DNA from: Macrostomum lignano
Taxonomy: Eukaryota
Direction: 5' to 3'
Length of the DNA: 64,000 nt
Assembly (NCBI GenBank): GCA_002269645.1
Contig: NIVC01003261.1
Location: 1 to 64,000 of the forward strand
Position 1 is the first letter of the stretch; every line of letters begins with the position of its first letter. The translations under genes were made by a program, and so were the position numbers. Below the pieces are notes generated by a model. That model ran no database searches, was not told the origin of the DNA, and saw nothing but the letters and a program-made list of their open reading frames with translations. Below are positions 13,290 to 23,119 of the stretch, piece by piece.

Positions 13290-16200
13290 TCAAAGCTTCG
13301 GCCGAGCACTCAAGGCTTCCCTATCCTCTGTGGAATCCTCATCTTTGATGGGCAAAGCTGGCCAGTCGCCCAAGCCCCGATGCCCGGCGGCGGGTTCCAG
13401 GGCAAAGCGCAGAGCCTGGTCCACAGTTTCCACGCAGTGCAGCCGCAGGCGGCCAGCCAGGCCGAGCCGCCCAGCCGTCCGAGTTGCTTCAATCCGATTG
13501 GCCATCGGCAGCACCACCGAGTGCAGGCCGGCCCGGGCGGCCGCCTCCAGCTTGGCCGGCACGCCGCCGATCGCCAGCACCCGGCCGCGGAGAGTCACCT
13601 CGCCAGTCAGGGCGACCCCGGCCCGGACTGGGGTGCCGCTGGCCAGGGAGGTCAGCGCCGCGGCCAACGGCAAACCGGCCGAGGTGCCGTCTTTTGGCAC
13701 AGCGCCAGACGGGAAGTGTACGTGCAGACGGCAGCGATTGCGACGGAGCTGGGAGTTGAGCCTGGAGCTGAGCCAGCTGATGCACAGAGTTACCGACTCG
13801 CGCATGACCTCGCCTACCTGCGGTATTGTGTAATGAGCGATTGGGATTGTGTAATGAGCGATTGGGATTGTGTAATGAGCGATTGGGATTGTGTAATGAA
13901 CAATTGGGAATTGTGTAATGAGCGATTGGGATTGTGTAATGACCGATTGGGATTGTGTAATGAGCGATTGGGATTGTGTAATGAGCGATTGGGATTGTGT
14001 AATGACCGATTGGGATTGTGTAATGACCGATTGGGATTGTGTAATGAGCGATTGGGCTTGTGTAATGAGCGATTGGGATTGTGTAATGAGCAATTGTGAT
14101 TGTGTAATGAGCAGCTGGGATTGTGTAATGAGCAATTGGGATTGTATAATGAGCAATTAGGATTGTGTAATGAGCAATTAGAATTGTGTAATGAGCAACT
14201 GGGATTGTGTAATAAGCAATTGGGATTGTGTAATGAGCAATTGGGGATATGGTGTAATGAGCATATGAGATTGTGTAATTAGTGATTAGGATTTGTAATA
14301 AGCACGTTTGATTGTACAATGAGCAAGTAGGATTCTGTAATGAGCAACTGGGATTGTGTAATGTAATAAATTTAATTTATGGAGTAAAAAAAGTTCTCCA
14401 CATCCAGCAGAGCTGTCACTCACCTGTCCGGTGCAGACTGGCGCCAAGTCCGTCGTCTGCCCGCCGCCATCGACAGCCGGCTCCAGTGTCCAGCCGCACT
14501 CTAACAGCAGGACTTCGCCGCCGTGAGGTGTCACGGCCAGCACCGGGCAGACGCCGGGCTCCAACGGCGCGCCGGAATTCGCCGCCGACATCGTCATCTG
14601 CTCGTACGGACTCGGCGTCGGCCGGCAATCGGCGCCGTCGGCCTCTTCGAATATTTGGCGCAGCACGTCGGCATCGACGCGTAGCGGCTCGCTAGGCGGG
14701 GCCTCCGCTGCCAGCAGGGCGGCGTGGCGGCACAGGCGGGCCAGCCGACGCTCCAGCTGGCGCACCCCGGCCTCCCGAGTGTAGGCGTCGATGACGCGCA
14801 ACAGTTCGGCTTCTCTTAGCAACACGGAGCCGGGCTCGAGACCGTGCTGGCTCAGCTGCTTTGGCAACAGGTGATCCGTGGCGATGCGGACCTGGAAGAC
14901 AGGGAGAGAGAGACAGGAAAAGTGAGCAATCTAAGCGCAAAAGGATTTACATAGACCCGCTTCGAAGTGTACATGAAGACAGCCTCTGGCAAAAGAGGGA
15001 ACATTACAGGCAGTACATACAGGGGGGCTGTGTGCACCCTGGTGCACTTTAAGCGACATTGTCACACAACCGGCGAGAGGCATTACTGCCCATTTCACCG
15101 ACTCCCCTGAGAAGGCGCCCACTCACACAGGAGTGTACAGCGGGCATAACTTTATTTAACGTTAGGCATGTACACTTCACTCTGTCTTGGCGGTTGGCTT
15201 TCAATGGCGTTGATTGCACGAGCAGACCCAAACGCCTTGTACCTGCACTTGGAATCGAGCCTGGGCCGCCGACACATAATACCGCCGCGCTAGACCACTG
15301 GGCTACGAGCTCTACGAACGCTGAAGGCACCCTACCCGCGAGTACAGCCACTCGGCGTTTCGTCGACTGCCTGCTGACGGACGCCCGCGCCCCGGATTCT
15401 GTCGGCGGAGCGGCACACTTATAGTGTACAGGAACGAGAGCTGCGGTCACTGCACTGCATATACGAATCTTGATGAAAGCGGTGCTTAGGCCAAGAAGCG
15501 TCTTTTTAAAATAGGAAAGAAGTGACTTTAAACGACTCTAAAACGACGAGATGTCGCGATGCAAGTCGCCAAAAAGTCGTCAAAGAGTCGCCCAAGAGTC
15601 ATTTTAAACTGTTTTATTGTATGCGTCTCTGAAACGACGCAAGTGACTCTGGGGCCGTCGAGTCCTACTTGAGTCGTGCTAGAGTCGCTGTAGAGTCGCT
15701 GAGTTGTGTTTGAAGCGCATTACGGCCACAGAGTCGTTATACCATCGTGCCAGAGTCACTTGCGTCTCTTGATGAATTAGAGTCACTTGCGTCTCTTGAT
15801 GAATTAGAGTCACATCTCTAGCGAAAGTTAAGTGCCAGCACAATGATTCTTGGACGACTCTTTTATGATTCTACAACTGACGTGACGCGCTCGTGACGCA
15901 AAAGTCGTCTTTTCGTCGCATTAGACGCGTTTGGTCGTTAAAAAGTCACAAAATCTGTCCCAGAGTCGCCAGAGTCACTAGAGATTTGTCTGCAACTTTT
16001 AAGCGAATCTTGTCACGGTATCGTCTTCAACGGGAAGCTACCGATTTTATAGACCGGCTCACGTTTGCGAAGCCGCAGTAAGTCAAAGCTGCCAGATATT
16101 GATGGCTATTGCTAGAAAATATTTCGGAGCTTCTTGCCTCATCAGTTCAGCTGGCAGTTGGTTTAGTCGTGAAGAGCAATTGGTACAAGGCCGTTATACT

Positions 16201-19200
16201 GAAGCTATAGGCCCTTGTAGGAGTATGGCTATGGGCTCTATACAAGCAGGTCTGATGCTCTGGTTGCACTGAAGATATGCAGAGATAACGCGCCTAGTGC
16301 AAAACCATGCTCAGCGAAACATTAAAACGGCAGACGGTTTTTCAGGCGCTACAGGCCAGCAGATGGACGTCGAGCGATAGAAAGATGGCTCGCAAGGTAA
16401 CCAAGGCTAAGCAGACGGTTTCTTCTCTGCAACCTCTGACAACTAGTAGTTCAGATTATTATGAAAGTCGAACGAGAGACGAGTTTCAATTCTGACGATG
16501 CAGCCCGTGTCGGATAGTCTTGCCGCTGGTTCTACTGATGTTGATTGTCAACGTCAACTTCAACAAGAGACTGGTTATACTTCGAATCTGGAGTTATCTT
16601 CTCCACTAGATAGATAGATTGGGCTCTAGCGCACACGCGCTCGCGAACACAGACGGGAGAGGCAGACGGCTGCGGTCAGGGGGCTGAGAACCAGAGCCTG
16701 CAAGTCAGCCACAAAACAGCCATTGGTCATGGTGCTTCCGCTCCGTTGCCTGGTTGCCTGGCTTCCAGCAGCGTAGCGGACGGGTCGCCGTGCATGCCGC
16801 GCCTGCCCAGCTTGTCCAGCTCGTCCAGCAGCAGCACCGGATCGCGGACCCCGGCCGCTCGAACAGCCGCCAACAAGCGGCCGGGCATGGCGCCTACGTA
16901 GGTCCGCCGATGGCCGCGCAGTTCGGCCGGGTCGGCCACGCCGCCTAGGGCGATGCGTTGCAGCGGCCGACCAAGACAGCGCGCGAGGCTGCCGGCCACG
17001 GAGGTCTTGCCGCAGCCGGGCGGGGCCACCAGGCACAGGAGCGGCGGACGGAGGCTCGGCCGGAGACGCCTGACGGCCAGGAACTGCAGGACTCGCTCCT
17101 TCACGCTAGCCAGGCCGTGGTGCTCGGCGTCGAGTAGGCGTCGAGCGTCGGCCATAGTGGCCGGGCCGGCGTCCGGTGGAGTGAGTCGGCGCCAGGGCAG
17201 TGCCAACAGCGTCTCCAAGTAGGTCTGGCGTTGGCAATAGCAAAATCAACGATAGACAGTAAAAAATTAAAATTCTTCTGCCAATGCTGAATTCAGGCTA
17301 TAAACTCAGGCTATTTGGTTTATATTACGGAATAGTGTAGCTTATCGAGAGAAATATCGCTTCACATTCTTTTCCTGCAGGTTTGCTCAGATGCTATGAG
17401 CCAAAGCTCATAGGGTATGCTGATATCCCAGGCTAAATGGCGGATGCTTTTTAGCTTTAAGAATCGTTTTCATTGAAAGATTAACGATAGTGACTGTGCA
17501 AGGTCAAAACCTACATACAGTTTATTTAGAAACTTTTACTCCTTTCTTTGTTGCCTCCCCAACAGCTGAAAGTAAGTGCATGCAATATTGCTTAACAACA
17601 GAATGCACCTGAATGACCCCGGCCTCCGGATGATGGTGCTGAGCGCCGCTAGTGATGGAGCGGAGTCTGGCCAATTCTCGATTGGCGGCTTCAGAAGCCG
17701 CCTTTGGCAGGTCGGCCGCGGCCAGGCGGCTCGCCAACTCGCCGATCGGACCGCCGCCGGCGCGGGGTGACGATGTCGGCAAGGACGAATTAGCGGCCGC
17801 TGCGTCGCCCGTCTTGTCGCGAAGTCGAGAGCGTAAAATCTGCGCGCAATGGAAGAATTTCCATTACAGATTGTGTCTTCACTGAGATTGTGTCTTCACT
17901 GAGATTGTATCTTCACTGAAATTGTGTCTTCACTGAGATTGTGTCTGTACTGAGATTGTGTCTTCACTGAGATTGTGTCTCACTGAGATTGTGTCTTCAC
18001 TGAGATTGTGTCTTCACTGAGATTGTGTCTTCACTGAGATTGTGTCTTCACTGAAATTGTGTCTTCACTGAGATTGTGTCTGTACTGAGATTGTGTCTTC
18101 ACTGAGATTGTGTCTTCACTGAGATTGTGTCTCACTGAGATTGTGTCTTCACTGAGATTGTGTCTTCACTGAGATTGTGTCTTCACTGAGATTGTATCTT
18201 CACTGAAATTGTGTCTTCACTGAGATTGTGTCTGTACTGAGATTGTGTCTTCACTGAGATTGTGTCTCACTGAGATTGTGTCTTCACTGAGATTGTGTCT
18301 TCACTGAGATTGTGTCTTCACTGAGATTGTGTCTTCACTGAAATTGTGTCTTCACTGAGATTGTGTCTGTACTGAGATTGTGTCTTCACTGAGATTGTGT
18401 CTTCACTGAGATTGTGTCTTCACTGAGATTGTGTCTTCACTGAGATTGTGTCTTCACTGAGATTGTGTCTCACTGAGATTGTGTCTTTACTGAAATTGTG
18501 TCTGTACTGAGATTGTCTCTCTGAGATTGGGTCTGTACTGAGATTGTGCCTGTACTGAGATTGGGTCTTCACTGAGATTGTGTCTCACTGAGATTGTGTT
18601 TCACTGAGATTGTGTCTCACTGAGATTGTGTCTTCACTGAGATTGTGTCTCACTGAGATTGTGTCTCACTGAGATTGTGTCTTCACTGAGATTGTGTCTT
18701 CACTGAGATTGTGTCTTCACTGAGATTGTGTCTTCACTGAGATTGTGTCTTCACTGAGATTGTGCCTCTATGATTAAAAGCATGATTTAAAAAAACGCGA
18801 AAACGCAGCTTACTGGAAGCAGAACTGCGGCCCTCTCTCGATGCGTTGTGGCCGCCAGTAGGCGCAAACGCTGCTCGGAGCTCAGCGACAACAGGCCGCC
18901 AAGAAGGTCGGGCAGCTGACTGGCCAGTCGCTTTCTCTCGCCATCTTTGATATCACTGGCGTCCTCGGCTGCAGCAGCAGCTTCCGAAGCGGCCGCGGCA
19001 GTAGGTGAAGCTCGAAGGACGCCAAGACGTTGACAGAGGCTGATCAGCTGGCGAAGCTCTTCAGCAGTGGCTTCCGCGTCCACTTCCTCGACGTCGCTAG
19101 TCAGCATGGCGACACGGGCGCGCCGGGGCGACTGCTGCTGCTGCGGCTGTTGCGACCAGAAAAACCTGCGGCCGACCTGCGTCGAATTCGAGCCGCTGAC

Positions 19201-20608
19201 CCAGGCGTGGAAACGACACCGGGAGAGGCCGCGGAGCACCAGCGACGGGCTGGGCAGCAGGAGCAGCTGCTGCACCGCGCACACCGTGCCGATGCGGCCC
19301 GCCAGCTGCGGGAACGGGAGGCGGCTGGCTGGCTGACTGACTGACTGACTGACTGACTGACTGACTGGGTGGCTGACTGAGTGGCTGACTGAGTGGCCGA
19401 CTGAGTGGCTGACTGAGTGGCTGACTGACTGACTGACTGACTGACTGACTGGCTGGCTGACTGACTGACTGACTGACTGACTGGGTGGCTGACTGGGTGG
19501 CTGATTGAGTGGCTGACTGACTGACTGACTGACTGAGTGGCTATCTGACTGACTGAACGACTGACTGACTGACTGACTGACTGACTGACTGACTGGGTGG
19601 CTGACTGGGTGGCTGACTGAGTGGCTGACTGAGTGGCTGACTGAGTGGCTGACTGAGTGACTGACTGACTGAGTGACTGGGTGGCTGACTGACTGACTGA
19701 CTGGCTGGCTGACTGACTGACTGACTGACTGACTGACTGACTGACTGACTGAGTGACTGACTGACTGACTGACTGACTGACTGACTGACTGACTGAGTGG
19801 CTGGCTGACTGACTGACTGAGTGGCTGGCTGACTGACTGACTGAGTGGCTGGCTGACTGACTGACAGACTGACTGAGTGGCTGACTGACTGACTGACTGA
19901 CTGAATGGCTGGCTGACTGACTGACTGACTGAATGGCTGGCTGACTGACTGACTAACTGACTGACTGAGTGGCTGGCTGACTGACTGACTGACTGACTGA
20001 CTGAGTGGCTATCTGACTGACTGACTGACTGACTGACTGACTGACTGACTGACTGACTGAGTGGCTGGCTGACTGACTGAGTGGCTGGCTGACTGACTGA
20101 CTGAGTGGCTGGCTGACTGACTGACAGACTGACTGAGTGGCTGACTGACTGACTGAGTGGCTGACTGACTGACTGACTGACTGACTGACTGAGTGGCTGG
20201 CTGACTGGCTGACTGACTGACTGACTGACTGACTGACTGAGTGGCTGGCTGACTGACTGACTGGCTGACTTCCTTCCTTCCTGAATCAAAGAATACTAAC
20301 CTTAGTCTCAGAGTCATCAGCATCGTGGGATGTAAAAGTAGCCACGAGATGTTTGGCCCCATCAAATTTCAAAGAAGCCGCAATAGCTTTGCTGAAATAA
20401 ATTGTCAAAGTTGACTCGCATGCAAGTTTTAACACTTGGCTGACTAACATACTACTAACAGCAGCATGCTTGCGCACACTCACCAATCCTGGCTGTTGCC
20501 AATGGGAATTCGCGCCAATTCAAACGGCAAAATGCAGGCATCGCCGCTAATGATCAGCGCCGGCAATTCCGCTTCCTCTTCCGGCTTGTTGTTCGGCTGC
20601 GCAGTCAT
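13290..20608 (-). CDS. LONP2: Lon protease homolog 2 (peroxisomal type)
   Basis: Exons read by eye: 20608-20484, 20391-20301, 19332-18814, 17839-17609, 17224-~16764, 14891-14424, 13817-13290. Motifs: RIGT (N domain), Walker A APPGCGKTS, GHRRTYVGAMPG, Walker B LLLDELDK, protease KDGTSAG...TGEVTLRG...GGVPAK. C-terminus PKL; AATAAA at 13240-13235. The segment expected after LLE was not found intact. Confidence 0.9.
13826..14360. repeat. 21-bp minisatellite (TGTAATGAGCGATTGGGATTG), ~25 copies, in the last LONP2 intron
   Basis: Tandem units end ~8 nt from the splice acceptor at 13818. Confidence 0.95.
15020..15310 (-). mobile_element. tRNA-derived SINE, copy B, in a LONP2 intron
   Basis: The minus strand reads GCTCGTAGCCCAGTGGTCTAGCG...CCCAGGCTCGATTCCAAGTGCAG. 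Body segments are shared with copy A (CTGCTCGTGCAAT, GAAGTGTACATGCCTAACG, CAGTAATGCCTCTCGCCGGTTGTGTG). Confidence 0.7.
17866..18770. repeat. 16/17-bp minisatellite (CTTCACTGAGATTGTGT), ~54 copies, filling LONP2 intron 3
   Basis: Direct reading of tandem units. Confidence 0.95.
19325..20270. repeat. (GACT/GGCT)n compound microsatellite filling LONP2 intron 2
   Basis: Direct reading; it produces the spurious QSVS-repeat ORF. Confidence 0.95.
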
Positions 20609-21123
20609 AAATATTGATTTAGCTGACAGAAAATATCCAATTGTTTTATGAATTATTTGAAGATGACACTTTTGCAGCCTAAAGATGAAATAGAGAAAAG
20701 TGTAAAATGCATTGTTTTTTGACAAAAGAATATATTAAACTGTTTTTTCTTGTATTTGATTAAAAAAACTAAAATTAACACACCTGTATGTATATTGGCA
20801 ACTGGCATGATGAAATTATAAAAATATTTTTGCAAGCTGATTGACCCAAATGTACCTTCCATGTCAAACCAAAAGGATTTTGCTACAATCCTCATGATTG
20901 GGCTTCATAGCTGCTATGGACCAAAGTAAGTGCTGCTGTGACAGCCTTGCTACCATAGACAAAAGCTCCATTACTTTGGCAAGCATATCTTGGGTTAAAA
21001 AAGAATTTTTATGAGTTTGTTTGCCAAAATGGACTGCAAAAAGCTACATTCGGTTTTTATTGTTTAAATGTCTATGGAAATAACTAGGTATCGGGTATAG
21101 GCAAACAGGGGATTCTACAAGTA

Positions 21124-21700
21124 AAGAATCGGGACTTGGCTAATCGGGATTCGGCCAGTCGGGACTTGGCTAATCGGGATTCGGCCAGTCGGGACTTGGC
21201 TAATCGGGATTCGGCCAGTCGGGACTTGGCTAATCGGGATTCGGCCAGTCGGGACTTGGCTAATCGGGATTCGGCCAGTCGGGACTTGGCTAATCGGGAT
21301 TCGGCCAGTCGGGACTTGGCTAATCGGGATTCGGCCAGTCGGGACTTGGCTAATCGGGATTCGGCCAGTCGGGACTTGGCTAATCGGGATTCGGCCAGTC
21401 GGGACTTGGCTAATCGGGATTCGGCCAGTCGGGACTTGGCTAATCGGGATTCGGCCAGTCGGGACTTGGCTAATCGGGATTCGGCCAGTCGGGACTTGGC
21501 TAATCGGGATTCGGCCAGTCGGGACTTGGCTAATCGGGATTCGGCCAGTCGGGACTTGGCTAATCGGGATTCGGCCAGTCGGGACTTGGCTAATCGGGAT
21601 TCGGCCAGTCGGGACTCGGCTAATCGGGATTCGGCCAGTCGGGACTCGGCTAATCGGGATTCGGCCAGTCGGGACTCGGCTAATAGGGATTCGACCGAGA
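21124..21700. repeat. Near-perfect 30-bp minisatellite (TCGGGACTTGGCTAATCGGGATTCGGCCAG), ~19 copies, between translin and LONP2
   Basis: Direct reading of tandem units. Confidence 0.95.
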
Positions 21701-21874
21701 TTCGACCAATCGGGACTCAACTAGTCGGCATACAACCGCTAGGATTAACAAAAGTAACTATTTAATTACAGTTTAGTTAATAAAAAAAGAGCATATTTTA
21801 ACTTTATATAGCTGCATCGAAGATAAAATTGGAAAAGCAAAATAAATGGACAAGTCGAGCTCCTCATAAAGAAG

Positions 21875-23119
21875 CTACTCCAGCTTCCTAACGGTCACAT
21901 CGTACAGCACCTCCTCAATCTTGCGCATATCGTATTTGAGCCCGTCGTAGCGCCGGCGTAAAGCGTCATTCTTAAAGTTGAGCAGCCGGAAGCCGGCCTC
22001 CAGATGGCGGGCGAAGTCGGCAACTCGACGAGGCAGGTCGGGCCTGCCAGCCGTCACAGCGTTGACGCTCAGTCTGGCCAGTTCGCTGGCGAGGAGCAGC
22101 AGGCCGAACAGGTAGTCTTCCAGGTCCAGGTGGAGAGTGGACCCGCCGCCTGCGGTCGTGTGAAGGGAGACCAGACCAGGTTAAGCAGTTGGATGTGAAT
22201 GGCGTTTCACTATTGTAGCTGTAGCCTACTGGGCCCATGAGGGTCAACCCCCAATGCGCAGAGTGTACAGGTCTGACGATTAGAAAGTCGGGGCTGCTGT
22301 ACACCCTGTGTGAGCGTGTGCCTGCGATCTATGTACATCCATGTTCGCGCTCAGGGGTCAGGGGAATGGTAAAGCTACTAGGCTGGTAAACCCAACTGCT
22401 AAGCCACTAAGCTTGTGTCTAAACTAACTGCTAAGCCACTAAGCTTGTGTCTAACTAACTGCTATGCCACTAAGCTTGTGTCTAAACTAACTGCTAAGCC
22501 ACTAAGCTTGTGTCTAAACTAACTGCTAAGCCACTAAGCTTGTGTCTAAACTAACTGCTAAGCCACTAAGCTTGTGTCTAAACTAACTGCAAAGCCACTA
22601 AGCTTGCGTCAAAATCAATATATAAAAACTTAAAAGCTATATTAGAAAGGAATATATAATAATAAAAAATGTGCAATTATAGCTGGCCTCTTCCTTACCA
22701 CCATCACTATCTCCAGCCATGCCCAGCTGGCTCGCCGCATCCTCCAGACTCAGCAGCCGATCGGATTCCAAGAAGCTAATAAAAGTAACAGCCATGCAGA
22801 GCTGCTGAACCGGCTCCCTCCACAGCTGGTGATATTTGTAATAGGTTCCCGCTGGCATCTGCTGGCCCAGTTTAGCTAACAAATCAATGCTTGGCTGCAA
22901 AGCAGCTCGAGCTTCATCAATAGCCTTACTAATCGAATTGGTATCGCAGCTGCGGTGAATGCAGCGCAAAGCTTGAAGCGGCAACTGAGCCAATTTGGTC
23001 AGCTCAGCGGCTGTAGCTTTTACTGATTCTACTGTGGCCAAGTCAGCAGCTAATTGGTTGAGGTACAGCTGGAATTCGGCTTCAATGCCTGTGGCATTGG
23101 AATCTGTAGCTGGAGAAGC
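21875..23119 (-). CDS. TSN: Translin (C3PO subunit); start codon or first exon not located
   Basis: Exon 23119-22699 (YYKYHQLWR...FISFLE) and exon 22149-21875 (LHLDLEDYLFGLLLLASELARLSVNAVTAG...GFRLLNFKNDALRRRYDGLKYD), joined in phase 1. These motifs match translin rather than TRAX. Confidence 0.92.
22180..22610 (+). mobile_element. SINE-related fragment with a 32-bp tandem tail (AACTAACTGCTAAGCCACTAAGCTTGTGTCTA, ~7 copies) in the translin intron
   Basis: GCTGTACACCCTGTGTGAGCGTGTGCCTG and GCTCAGGGG match the core of SINE copy A. The tail array spans ~22392-22610. Confidence 0.55.

Noticed and set aside
15240-15310. Possible tRNA gene (also 12836-12900)
   Set aside because: A and B boxes are present but the acceptor and anticodon stems do not pair, and the sequence continues into a shared repeat body, so it is a SINE head.
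18787-20289. 500-aa ORF rich in QSVS repeats
   Set aside because: The N-terminal part is translation of an intronic (CAGT)n microsatellite; only 19332-18814 is a LONP2 exon.
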